DNA of 45,256 bases from Escherichia phage bob. Both the position numbers and the translations under genes were made by a program. Below the pieces are notes generated by a model, which was not told the origin of the DNA, did no database searches, and saw nothing but the letters and a program-made list of their open reading frames with translations. The stretch lies in sequence record NC_073072.1. One strand, given 5' to 3'. Positions 25,514-34,446 of this stretch are shown one piece after another. Each line of letters starts with the position of its first letter. Positions within the stretch are counted from its first letter, which is position 1.

Positions 25514-26278
25514 ATGAGACTGACAAAAGACATTAAAAACCAGATTCTGGCTAACATCCTGCGCGACCACGAAATCGCGACCGAAGCCAAATCAATCATG
25601 ATGGACTCTCGAAATCTGGCGTACGCCATTACGATGGACTGTATGCCGGAAGGCATTCATTCGTTCGCCGAGCTACGTGAGCGCATTGCAGCAATCGGCG
25701 GTGACCCGTCGCAGATGTACGGCGTCTGTGTGTACACCAACAAGGCGACGTATAGACATGACGCCGACAGCCCATATGGTGTAGGCAGCGTTTACGAAGC
25801 CACTTTCGAAATCAACGCAGGCGGAAACGTCCGTACCGTGTCATTGAGCGGAGACGGACACCGAGTCCGAGTATATCGCGGATACGGGGAGTATAAATAC
25901 ATGAATAAACTGTCTCCCGATCTCGGCGATATTGTGCCTGGGTATGAGGAAATTTTGTTAGCGTCAGTGTGCGAAGTCGATGACGACGGGAAAGCGCTGC
26001 CGATATATATGCCACGCGGTCGTATAGACTACCCGGCGGACCATGATTTCTGTAAGCGCCTGGACCGTAACGACAAGGCCCGCCGTGAGTTGCGTGCTAA
26101 GTATGACGCGTTCAAACTAACTGTTACCGGCGTGCTGGATATGCACAATACCGATAAGAAGCTGATCAAGGCGTGGCCTGAAGTGGAACAGTTCATTCCT
26201 TACCCGGGCAAGCCGAAGTCCACGGCGGTGGCGCTGGACGTGAAGACGTTAAACGAGATTTGCGGTATTCCGCGCTAA
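25514..26278 (+). CDS. hypothetical protein (254 aa) on the opposite strand within the late operon (moron-like)
   Basis: ATG 25514; own upstream motif pair and downstream bidirectional terminator; no recognisable domain. Confidence 0.6.
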   Translation: MRLTKDIKNQILANILRDHEIATEAKSIMMDSRNLAYAITMDCMPEGIHSFAELRERIAAIGGDPSQMYGVCVYTNKATYRHDADSPYGVGSVYEATFEINAGGNVRTVSLSGDGHRVRVYRGYGEYKYMNKLSPDLGDIVPGYEEILLASVCEVDDDGKALPIYMPRGRIDYPADHDFCKRLDRNDKARRELRAKYDAFKLTVTGVLDMHNTDKKLIKAWPEVEQFIPYPGKPKSTAVALDVKTLNEICGIPR

Positions 26279-26283
26279 TAAAA

Positions 26284-26300
26284 GGGGCCATTACGGCCCC
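26284..26300. terminator. bidirectional terminator hairpin
   Basis: GGGGCC-attac-GGCCCC flanked by A/T runs; overlaps 3' end of o-spanin ORF. Confidence 0.5.
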
Positions 26301-26521
26301 CGAATTATTTGCTGCAACTCCAGGACCTGCGCCCTCAGCTTCGCCCCGCATTCCATATTTTTCACGTCAATCATCAAATCTTCGTCGGGGTCCGCGGACG
26401 GGTTATCGAACTTGCACGGCGGTCGCAGTGCCGACTCCGTTAGCGGCATCAACGGCGCTTTGCTTGATCCGCACGCGCTCAGCATCAAAACTGCAATCAG
26501 GACGGTTAGGACGCGTAACAT
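26291..26521 (-). CDS. o-spanin (Rz1-like outer-membrane lipoprotein)
   Basis: MLRVLTVLIAVLMLSAC: lipobox LSA|C; Pro-rich mature part; start embedded out of frame in the i-spanin gene. Confidence 0.6.
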   Translation of the reverse strand: MLRVLTVLIAVLMLSACGSSKAPLMPLTESALRPPCKFDNPSADPDEDLMIDVKNMECGAKLRAQVLELQQIIRGP

Positions 26522-26732
26522 ATTTCACAACCTCTTTCGTGATAGTCCGGTATTCCACATCGCGGGCCTGTTCTGCCTGCACAGCCCCCTCGACAACCTT
26601 AGTTTGCTGCCGTTGGGCTTTCGCTTGCGCTTCTTGCGATGCTCTCGCCACAACGGCAGCGCGGTAGGAATCACCCTGCCAGAATCCTACCACCAGACCG
26701 ATAACCAGTCCGATCGCTGCATATTTAATCAC
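26403..26732 (-). CDS. i-spanin (Rz-like)
   Basis: GTG 26732 with GGGGG RBS; N-terminal TMD IKYAAIGLVIGLVVGFW then Gln/Ala-rich helical region. Confidence 0.55.
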   Translation of the reverse strand: MIKYAAIGLVIGLVVGFWQGDSYRAAVVARASQEAQAKAQRQQTKVVEGAVQAEQARDVEYRTITKEVVKYVTRPNRPDCSFDAERVRIKQSAVDAANGVGTATAVQVR

Positions 26733-27828
26733 GCCATAACCCCCGGTTTTTAAGCTGTGCAATAGTCATCAGTTCGCCAGAATCGGTAAACATCTTCGGC
26801 ACTTTCACGCCGCGCATAATCTGGTCGGCGCGTTGCACTCCATATAACTCCTCCAGGATGTGGCGCGGCTGGCGCTGCACCCAGGAGAAGAAATCAGTCT
26901 GCGCGTCGACCTGCTCACTCAGCAACCGGCCCGCGTCAGCCTTCAATGCCGGACGCTTACCACTGGGCCAATCTTCCATGCCCTTAACTTTCCACGTCTC
27001 CGTAGACCGGCAACAATAATGCAACTTGCCCGGACCAGCGCCATATTGTGACCCAGCCACCACTTTCCCGCCGCGCTTTCCTTTGGTGTTGGGAGTGACG
27101 TCAACAGGATAAAACAGGCGATCGCGTAGCTGGCACATTGGGGAAGTATGAGTGTCCAATGTAGCCAACCATTGGCGACCTTCGAGAATATCGTCATTAG
27201 CTTTCACCATTAATTCGCGGGCAGTCGCCGCATAGTGGTTAACTGCGGACTTAACAACGCTTGAGATTGCCTGCGCACTACGACCGCCGAGAGCGCGCCT
27301 CACGTCCGCGATAATTTCCATAGTCGGCTTGCCCTGGATGAAGCCAGCGCGCACCTGATTACCGATCTGCGTCCTGGTCCACTCAGAGAGTGAGTCAGGC
27401 CATTGCATCATCGTATTACCCTGGAACGGGTTTTTCATAGCCGTCGCTGCGATCTGTGCACCGGTAACAACGCCAACTACTTCAACAGCGGGTACGGCGA
27501 CAGCGGGCTGGATCGCTGCCGTTAGTGTGTCAGCGAGATAATCAGCCTCGGTGTCGGCGAACTCCTGAAGGCTTTCAGCCAGCGCCTTAAACTCGGTGCG
27601 CAGTTCTGTTTTAACGGTCTTGTCGAGTTGCGTTAACAGAGTGGTAAGTGCCTTGTTGTTCATGGACTTTTTGCCATCAAGTAACTCGGTCAGCTTACCC
27701 AGTAACGTGGGCCGGAACTTCTCCCACATAGCCAGCACCCGCCGCGCCTGGTCATTGCTCAGGCGCTGGGTGAAGATGTGACGACGGATCATGCGATCCG
27801 CCATATGTTGATTAATCGTTCTCGCCAT
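26725..27828 (-). CDS. head morphogenesis protein (Mu F / SPP1 gp7-like)
   Basis: 367 aa; ...WLATLDTHTSPMCQ... motif typical of the family; immediately downstream of portal. Confidence 0.75.
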   Translation of the reverse strand: MARTINQHMADRMIRRHIFTQRLSNDQARRVLAMWEKFRPTLLGKLTELLDGKKSMNNKALTTLLTQLDKTVKTELRTEFKALAESLQEFADTEADYLADTLTAAIQPAVAVPAVEVVGVVTGAQIAATAMKNPFQGNTMMQWPDSLSEWTRTQIGNQVRAGFIQGKPTMEIIADVRRALGGRSAQAISSVVKSAVNHYAATARELMVKANDDILEGRQWLATLDTHTSPMCQLRDRLFYPVDVTPNTKGKRGGKVVAGSQYGAGPGKLHYCCRSTETWKVKGMEDWPSGKRPALKADAGRLLSEQVDAQTDFFSWVQRQPRHILEELYGVQRADQIMRGVKVPKMFTDSGELMTIAQLKNRGLWRD

Positions 27829-29332
27829 TGTCCGCTACCTTGTCCGGGTCTTCTTCGGTGGATTCTACCGCATCAGGGGACATTTGAGGCAATGGATTCT
27901 GATTTCGCAATTCGTCTTCCACCTGCTCGACGGTTTGCGAGTCGTCAATGACGCCCTGGGCCATCATCCACTTGATGAAGTCAGCAAGTCGGACCGTACC
28001 AGTTTGCACACCTGCCATCATCGCGGTCATAAGCTGCGCATCAACCGCGATTTCGGTGTAGAACTTGTTCAGCGTTACGCGCTGGTCAGCGGTGTCACCC
28101 GTGAATAGCTGGACGATTTGCAGCGCACGGTTGAAAGCCTTCTCTACGTTACCGGCAATCAGTGACAGGATACTGTTATCAGTCTGCGCGTCGTAGGCCG
28201 CTTCGGTTGCCGTCTTAGGTGCGGTCCCCTTCTCAACCAGGGCCGCGCCAAGTTTAGCCATTTGCAGTTCGCGACGCTCACACAGTGCAACCGACAAGTT
28301 GCGCTCCTCGGCCTGAATCAGTTTAGCGTCCATGTTCTGGCCCAAGATAACGCCCTTAGTCGCACCGAGAGCAATGCCGCCCTTCAGGTTCTTGTCAGCC
28401 CATGATTGAGTCAAGCCAGTTGCCACTAGGGTAGGCTGACCCACGATGTGCGCAATCTCGGCGACGTCCGCTTCGGCGTTGTAGTGCTTAATGTTGATGG
28501 ATGCGATATCCGCCAGCGGAGCGGCGTCAGGCGTTGCGTTGTTGTCCACCGCGCCACACCAGCAAAACGGAAGCTGTGTCAGCGCCTTACCGGCAGCATC
28601 CACCAGCGGCACAAGGTCGGTGCGGGTAAATCCACGCGGCAAGTCCATTTGCACCTCGGATGTGTCCGCGTTATAAAACCAGCGGCGGGCGTGTGCCGCA
28701 CCGTTAATCATGCGAAGCTCGGTCCAAATGGTTACTTCGTGGTTTGCGAAGTCGTCCGGGTCTTCGGTGCTGATTTCGTCCGTTTCCTTCAGCACGATTA
28801 GCGTGTCAACACCGTGGGTCTGCCGCCAGTTGATGATCTGTTCTGCCGTATACAGGCGGATAAGCGGGCGGTGTGTAGCCATCTCGGCGGCGGTCTGTGG
28901 CACTACGTTACCCAGTTCGTCAAAGTTAGCCTGGCGGTCGTAGTCCACCATAAAGCCCGCACGGCCTGATTGCAGAACTTCAGACATAGCACCGCGCAGG
29001 AGTTGCGGCAGCGGCATGCCACTGCCGTCTACATCGTCAATCAGGTCAGCCATCGCCCCGGAAAGGTCCAGACTTACCGGTTTAGCAAAGGCAACGCCTA
29101 ACAGCGCGTTAAGTGTGCGGGCGGTGGCGTTCAGGAATACAGCGCGTTGCTTATACGCCTTATATCGCGCCCGTGCTTTCGGGTCAGTATTGTCGCCACT
29201 GGCAGGATGAGGCAGGTACAAAGGGCCGCACGCCTTCACGGCGCGCTCCCCTGCTACACAATCGCGGATCATCTTCCACTCTGGCGCGATGCGCGCATAG
29301 AGCGGGTGCTGGTTGTCAACGTTAACGGTCAT
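27812..29332 (-). CDS. portal protein
   Basis: 506 aa; between terminase large subunit and MuF-like gene; acidic C-terminus. Confidence 0.7.
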   Translation of the reverse strand: MTVNVDNQHPLYARIAPEWKMIRDCVAGERAVKACGPLYLPHPASGDNTDPKARARYKAYKQRAVFLNATARTLNALLGVAFAKPVSLDLSGAMADLIDDVDGSGMPLPQLLRGAMSEVLQSGRAGFMVDYDRQANFDELGNVVPQTAAEMATHRPLIRLYTAEQIINWRQTHGVDTLIVLKETDEISTEDPDDFANHEVTIWTELRMINGAAHARRWFYNADTSEVQMDLPRGFTRTDLVPLVDAAGKALTQLPFCWCGAVDNNATPDAAPLADIASINIKHYNAEADVAEIAHIVGQPTLVATGLTQSWADKNLKGGIALGATKGVILGQNMDAKLIQAEERNLSVALCERRELQMAKLGAALVEKGTAPKTATEAAYDAQTDNSILSLIAGNVEKAFNRALQIVQLFTGDTADQRVTLNKFYTEIAVDAQLMTAMMAGVQTGTVRLADFIKWMMAQGVIDDSQTVEQVEDELRNQNPLPQMSPDAVESTEEDPDKVADNGEND

Positions 29333-29343
29333 GGTCGGTTTCC

Positions 29344-30729
29344 TTAGTAGAAATCTACGGTAGGAACAACGGCGATTGGACGAATCACAGGGAACAGGTG
29401 CGCAATTGGATAACCCGCGGCATCGTTCATGTGGTCCACACCGGCGGTTTTATCCGGCTCGCCTTTCTTCAGGTCGTAAACCTGCTGTTCCAGACATTTC
29501 GCTAGTGTAGGGCATTTATCCAGGTTGACAAAATACTGGCGCACGCCCTTCGAGTTGCACATCATCGTATTCATCGCGATCAATCGGTCTTTCACAGGCG
29601 GGTTAACGCTGTCGTATTCCACCTCGAAGCCCGCATCTTCCAGTTGCGCGATATCGGACGACGAAGCGTTAACCGTTTTGCGGGATTTGCCGCTGCTATC
29701 CGGGTACACGACAACACGACCGGCAGCGCAATGATCGGGGTAGCGCTCCTCGATCGCTTCAATCATAGCCGGGGTATCAAACAGGTCCACGAATTCATCC
29801 ACGGCGTGAATCTCGTCGCGGAACTCCTTGTTCTCGGTGGTACGCTGCCGTCTTACATACACGACCGCCGCCATTTTCGTGACGTTAAAGTCCATACCGA
29901 TAATCAGCGTGTCTTCCGGTTGTACTTCTTCGGTGCTGGCGTTCTCCTCGCGGTTGAACATCTTGTACACCGCGCCCGACGTAAGGTTAACAAACAGGCC
30001 GTTCAGGTACGCATCAATCAGGTTAGCCGGGTACTGACTGCGCAGCGTGTCGATAAAGTCTGCCGGTAGGTGGTGGTTATCGGTGGTCTTCGCCCGGATC
30101 AAACGTTTCTGGCTATCCTTCTCCACTTCGAAAATCTGGTACATCGCCCGGTAGCCTTCCGGGGTGGACACGATGACGAACTGGCGTACAAAGCCTGCAC
30201 GCAGACGACCGAGCAATTTGTGATACGCCGCCAGCGCAACGTCTTGCTTCGTGGTATCGAACTCGTCGGCAACAATCCACGCGGCGTTAACCCCGATCAG
30301 GCGGGTATAGTTCTCCATTGACTCGCAGATTACGCGCGTCCATTTTCCTTTCACCAGCACGCTATAAATCTTGTCCTGCTTGTTGAACTTCCACCGGAAG
30401 CCTGCCTCGTCGAAAGCCTTCTCCAGTTCCGGGTACATGATCTTAACCAGGAGTGGGATAGTCGGCTCGGTCACGATGCCGTCATGACCCGGATTCAGTG
30501 TCAGAAGCTGGATGACCTTACGTGCCGCGACCCATGACTTTCCGCCACCGAAGCCGGAACACAGGCCGAGTATTTTGGTCTTTGTGTCACGCAGTAGTTC
30601 CACCTGGTGCGGAAGGCAATCGGGCTGATACAGGCGGACGGCCTGCGCAACGCGTGTCGGTCGCGGCGGTCGATTTCGCTTTGCGATCGCCCGTTCGAGG
30701 GCGCGGTGTTCTGCCGCATAGTTACGCAT
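29344..30729 (-). CDS. terminase large subunit
   Basis: Walker A LGLCSGFGGGKSWV; 461 aa; ATGA overlap with upstream gene. Confidence 0.85.
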   Translation of the reverse strand: MRNYAAEHRALERAIAKRNRPPRPTRVAQAVRLYQPDCLPHQVELLRDTKTKILGLCSGFGGGKSWVAARKVIQLLTLNPGHDGIVTEPTIPLLVKIMYPELEKAFDEAGFRWKFNKQDKIYSVLVKGKWTRVICESMENYTRLIGVNAAWIVADEFDTTKQDVALAAYHKLLGRLRAGFVRQFVIVSTPEGYRAMYQIFEVEKDSQKRLIRAKTTDNHHLPADFIDTLRSQYPANLIDAYLNGLFVNLTSGAVYKMFNREENASTEEVQPEDTLIIGMDFNVTKMAAVVYVRRQRTTENKEFRDEIHAVDEFVDLFDTPAMIEAIEERYPDHCAAGRVVVYPDSSGKSRKTVNASSSDIAQLEDAGFEVEYDSVNPPVKDRLIAMNTMMCNSKGVRQYFVNLDKCPTLAKCLEQQVYDLKKGEPDKTAGVDHMNDAAGYPIAHLFPVIRPIAVVPTVDFY

Positions 30730-31280
30730 TATTCACCCTGGCCTTTGCCGGAAGGTTCGACAACTACGTCGCCGTTATCATCTTCGTCGTCATCCAGCGG
30801 TACATCGTCGCGGACGCCGTGGTTTGCTTTAAGCAGGAATGTAGCGAAGCCTGCCGCGATGGTCACACCACCGGCTTCCATCAGGAAAGTTTTCTGCAGT
30901 TCCATTGCGTCCGCCATCGCTTCGGCAAACTCCTCATGTGCTCGCGCCCAGCGGTACAGGCAAGCTACGCCTACGCCGATTTCAGCGGCAAATCGACCGA
31001 AGGTTGGCATTTTGTTGCGGGGGATTACTTGCGCAGCGCCTTTATCGGAGTAGTTTACCTGCCAGGCGTCGGCGTCGGCAAAATAGCGGCGAAGCTGGTC
31101 GCAGTAAACGGATCGGTAGTCAGTAGGGCGTCCACATTTTCCGCCTTTACGGCGCTTGCCGTACTCGATTTCAGGTCCGAGATTGGTGTGCTCGGTTTGC
31201 TCGCCTGGTTTACGGCGCGGGGTTACTGCTACTCGTCCGTCCAGTTTGGCGCGTCGGCCCTTAACTTTGATTTCTGCCAT
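30729..31280 (-). CDS. putative terminase small subunit
   Basis: ATG 31280 with AAAGGG RBS; basic N-terminus; directly upstream of and overlapping terminase large subunit. Confidence 0.5.
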   Translation of the reverse strand: MAEIKVKGRRAKLDGRVAVTPRRKPGEQTEHTNLGPEIEYGKRRKGGKCGRPTDYRSVYCDQLRRYFADADAWQVNYSDKGAAQVIPRNKMPTFGRFAAEIGVGVACLYRWARAHEEFAEAMADAMELQKTFLMEAGGVTIAAGFATFLLKANHGVRDDVPLDDDEDDNGDVVVEPSGKGQGE

Positions 31281-31410
31281 GATATAAGCCCTTTTGTTCA
31301 TATGCGCCGACCATCGGCAACATAGGAGACGGCCCTGCCATCTAAGTGGGATTATAACAGGCACAAAAAAGCCCACCAAATCGGCAGGCTGGGAGGATTA
31401 CTGGCTGCCG

Positions 31411-32553
31411 TTACTTCAACATTTCCGGGCTAATGGTTAAGCGCGCTACTTCGCCGTAGTTGGCGCTGTAGGTAATGACGTTTGCGCTGCGACCGGACAT
31501 CCAACCGCCACGACTGGCGTAGGCGTCTTTCGCTGCGAGCGTCCGGTGCTGTTCAACAATCATGTTGCGGGATTCTACAATCTTCTGGTGGTGCAAGTGG
31601 CCTATGTGCGCGTAGCTGTACTCACTGGATCCGAAAGCCTGTCTGAATTTAGAAATCATGACGGTTTCGATAGCGTCAAAGCGCGCTTTGTGCCCGTGGT
31701 GGAAGAATAGCGTGGTCTTGCCGTGCTGCACCATTTTGTAGACGTCCGGGGACGTATCCACATCGACGCGCGGCTCGTTCTCGTACAGAGTATTGAACAT
31801 CTCAGCCAGCCAAATCATACCCGACTCGTCATGATTTCCCTGGACGATTAGCAGTTTGACTTTGTGGTGTTTTTGCAGCGCCAGTTCGACGACGTTGCGC
31901 ACCATGCGAATCATGTAGCGGACCAACTTCTGGTATCGGGTATCTGCGTCCAGGATATGACCACTGGCTGGGGTGACGGCATCGAGGCTATCAAAATGCG
32001 CCATATCACCGAGGATATTGATTACGGCAGTTCCTGCGTCTGGTGCGCGGGCGAAGGCTTCGACAAACCAGCGGTAAAACAGGTCTTCGGCAATCGCCAT
32101 ATCCCAGTCTTCGCCAGTCTCCTCGCCCCAGGCCAACATGCCCAGGTGGAAGTCGGACACGGTATACAGGTTGAGCAAGTCGAGCGCCTTGATCGGTACT
32201 GGCGGGGCGTTTACTGGCGCTGCCGGTGTGATTTCGCTGTTCATACCCTCGACAACAGCGCGCATGGCTTCGAGTTGGCGCTCTTTGTCCTGCTCAGTGA
32301 TGACCCACGACATGACCTCTTCGCCATTGCCGCGCACCAGGGCCGATACGCGCTTAACCCCAAAGCCATCTGCAACTCGCTTACGGATCACGGCATCATT
32401 ACCGTGACCAATTCCCTTTTTCGATAGGCGGGCTTTGCGCATATAGACATTTCGAAGTGCAATGCCGTATTTCTTTGCAATCTCTTTAACCGTAGTCCCT
32501 GCCTGAATTTCTGCGATCAATTGCTCATCGGTAATTTTAGTTTGCGGGTGCAT
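31411..32553 (-). CDS. calcineurin-like metallophosphoesterase with N-terminal HTH domain
   Basis: Motifs ILGDMAHFD, VQGNHDE, HHGH, GHLHH; N-terminal TVKEIAKKYGIALRNVY helix-turn-helix. Confidence 0.75.
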   Translation of the reverse strand: MHPQTKITDEQLIAEIQAGTTVKEIAKKYGIALRNVYMRKARLSKKGIGHGNDAVIRKRVADGFGVKRVSALVRGNGEEVMSWVITEQDKERQLEAMRAVVEGMNSEITPAAPVNAPPVPIKALDLLNLYTVSDFHLGMLAWGEETGEDWDMAIAEDLFYRWFVEAFARAPDAGTAVINILGDMAHFDSLDAVTPASGHILDADTRYQKLVRYMIRMVRNVVELALQKHHKVKLLIVQGNHDESGMIWLAEMFNTLYENEPRVDVDTSPDVYKMVQHGKTTLFFHHGHKARFDAIETVMISKFRQAFGSSEYSYAHIGHLHHQKIVESRNMIVEQHRTLAAKDAYASRGGWMSGRSANVITYSANYGEVARLTISPEMLK

Positions 32554-32614
32554 ATTTAATTAATTCCTGATTAGTGGACCGTGGACAATATACCACGGTC
32601 CGTATGGCGGCGGG

Positions 32615-32695
32615 CTATATCAATTCGCAAATAACCATGCCGATAAAAGCCGCGGTGGTCCAGATCGCTAATACCCAAATATCTTTACGTGCCAT
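32615..32695 (-). CDS. tiny hydrophobic peptide (26 aa), speculative
   Basis: MARKDIWVLAIWTTAAFIGMVICELI with strong GAGAGGAG RBS; below the track size cutoff. Confidence 0.25.
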   Translation of the reverse strand: MARKDIWVLAIWTTAAFIGMVICELI

Positions 32696-32714
32696 CTTAA
32701 TTACTCCTCTCGTT

Positions 32715-32750
32715 GATTGGTTGCAGTATGGCGTCTATGTTGGTTGCAAG
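32715..32750. promoter_or_regulatory. pair of TTGGTTGCA motifs
   Basis: GATTGGTTGCAG 32715-32726 and TGTTGGTTGCAAG 32738-32750, between lysis-cassette terminator and the tiny ORF/phosphatase gene. Confidence 0.5.
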
Positions 32751-32759
32751 TCAAGCAAT

Positions 32760-32790
32760 AAAAAGCCCGGTATTATCCGGGCTTGATTGT
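32760..32790 (-). terminator. rho-independent terminator ending the lysis cassette
   Basis: On minus strand AGCCCGG-ataata-CCGGGCT followed by TTTTATT. Confidence 0.55.
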
Positions 32791-32958
32791 TTACGCTGCG
32801 GGGCCGGGTTCTTCCGGCGGTGGCGGGCTTGGCAGCTTCGCGTCAAAGACGCCTGCATGGCTGATAGTGTCCGCGATGATAGCGCGTGCGCCAGGGTCTT
32901 CGGTTTTAGCCAGCGCGGCGAGCGCGTCAGCGTTATGATCAAGAATACTTTTTAACAT
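32791..32958 (-). CDS. small hydrophilic protein (55 aa), Pro-rich C-terminus
   Basis: ATG 32958 with GAGGTGA RBS; ends PSPPPPEEPGPAA; below track cutoff. Confidence 0.35.
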   Translation of the reverse strand: MLKSILDHNADALAALAKTEDPGARAIIADTISHAGVFDAKLPSPPPPEEPGPAA

Positions 32959-32974
32959 ATTGTGTCACCTCGTA

Positions 32975-33466
32975 TTATGCAGCGTTACGTCCGATTCGCT
33001 CGGCAACGTCCCACTGCTTGCCATCAAACAACGCCTGTCTGCCGATTGCACGGCGTACCAGACCCTTCAGCACTTCCCCGCCTTGCTTGCGGAACTGCGG
33101 CAGAGTAGCACGGACCTTCGCCCAGTCCCCCAGTCGCACCGCATCGTCGAAATCATTCGCGACGTCATCCGGTACGATCGGACCAGGACCGGCGTTGATT
33201 ACCAGGTCCACCAGCGCGTCGAATTGCGCCTGGTTAATACTCTTATGCGCGTATTTGTTCACCCAGTCCTCGGCATACGCCACATCGCGCTTGAGTAGCT
33301 CCAGCGCTTCCGCGCGGGTAATGCTTCGAGGCGGGTTAGTGCCGGTGTGCCCATAACCCCAGGTGTACAGGCCGCGGGCCTGCTCTTTCTTAGTCGCGAA
33401 ATACGGCACCGGGCTGAAAGCCTCCCATGCTGCCGTAAATCTTAGACCGTTGTCACTGAATCGCAT
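32975..33466 (-). CDS. endolysin (phage lysozyme, GH24-like)
   Basis: 163 aa; ...WEAFSPVPYF...GLYTWGYGHTG... resembles lysozyme catalytic region; follows two membrane proteins. Confidence 0.75.
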   Translation of the reverse strand: MRFSDNGLRFTAAWEAFSPVPYFATKKEQARGLYTWGYGHTGTNPPRSITRAEALELLKRDVAYAEDWVNKYAHKSINQAQFDALVDLVINAGPGPIVPDDVANDFDDAVRLGDWAKVRATLPQFRKQGGEVLKGLVRRAIGRQALFDGKQWDVAERIGRNAA

Positions 33467-33698
33467 GTTTTACCCCATTCAAAACAGCATTACGCAGTGT
33501 GCGCAATGCAAACAGCCAGATTAACGCGGTCCAGGTGGTATCTGATACGTCTCCTGTTTGCAACAATCCGATAACGCAGACCATCGCCGTTAGCAGATAT
33601 AACACCCGGCCTAAAATGCCATCCTGGACGGACGGCGCATACACGTTAAACAGGGACGAAGCCCCTATGATAACAAACAACAGGACGGAGATAATCAT
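33453..33698 (-). CDS. holin/antiholin-like membrane protein
   Basis: 81 aa with 2-3 hydrophobic helices; overlaps endolysin start. Confidence 0.5.
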   Translation of the reverse strand: MIISVLLFVIIGASSLFNVYAPSVQDGILGRVLYLLTAMVCVIGLLQTGDVSDTTWTALIWLFALRTLRNAVLNGVKHAIQ

Positions 33699-33985
33699 TT
33701 TGCGCCCCCCGGAAGTCGGAACGACTCAATAGTCTCCCTGATCCGGGCGGCTATTGGCATCCAGAAGATGGCAGTTACGAAGCCCAACCCGGCAACAGTG
33801 CGCTCGCCAGATAAGCCAGCCCACTCGGCAATAGCTGGCGCACCAAATATGGCACACAAGAAGCCGACCACGATATATAAAACGAAGTTTAGCGGCCCTT
33901 TCGTAGCCTCGCCATGAATGCGAGCGCCAACGAAGCCCCCCGCGAGACACGCGAGGGCGAATAGCCACTCGTTTAGCTTATCCAT
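33695..33985 (-). CDS. holin-like membrane protein
   Basis: 96 aa, multiple TMDs (LFALACLAGGFVGA; FVLYIVVGFLCAIFGAPAI). Confidence 0.55.
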   Translation of the reverse strand: MDKLNEWLFALACLAGGFVGARIHGEATKGPLNFVLYIVVGFLCAIFGAPAIAEWAGLSGERTVAGLGFVTAIFWMPIAARIRETIESFRLPGGAK

Positions 33986-34037
33986 AAAAAAGTCCCAGTA
34001 AGTTTTATCTCACTGGGACTATATCACGCTTGCATAA

Positions 34038-34325
34038 TTAATCGAAAATAGACCACTTGCCGACGCCTTTCCACTCCCATCCACTCGACCGGACGGCCTC
34101 GAATGTTCGCCCGCCTATCATATCCCGATACCACAGCCACCACATGCGCAACCTGGTCGGGTGCTCCGTGATCCCGCGGCGCTTGTATACCTCGAACGTC
34201 ATGCGGGTAATACTGGCGGCTTCCACTGCAGGCCATACGACGAACATCAGGATGCCCAACAGCACCGCGGTAAGCAGGCATAGCCCGCAGATCAAACCAA
34301 ACCAATAAATCACATCGTGTAGCAT
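34038..34325 (-). CDS. membrane protein (95 aa) upstream of holins
   Basis: ATG 34325 with GGAAGGGG RBS; TMD VIYWFGLICGLCLLTAVLLGILMFVVW. Confidence 0.45.
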   Translation of the reverse strand: MLHDVIYWFGLICGLCLLTAVLLGILMFVVWPAVEAASITRMTFEVYKRRGITEHPTRLRMWWLWYRDMIGGRTFEAVRSSGWEWKGVGKWSIFD

Positions 34326-34446
34326 CGAATTGCCCCTTCCGGTTTGCCAATATGGCGCGCCCATGCACGCGCCACGAAGTAATTGCGAAACACCCGACCG
34401 CCTATCTCAAAGCGGTTGTGCATGAGCATATCACGGATAGACGCAC

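Noticed and set aside
34024-34368. Alternative-frame 114 aa ORF upstream of the holins
   Set aside because: Overlapping frame 34038..34325 encodes a clear transmembrane helix and has a GGAAGGGG RBS; the 114 aa frame is Arg-rich without features.
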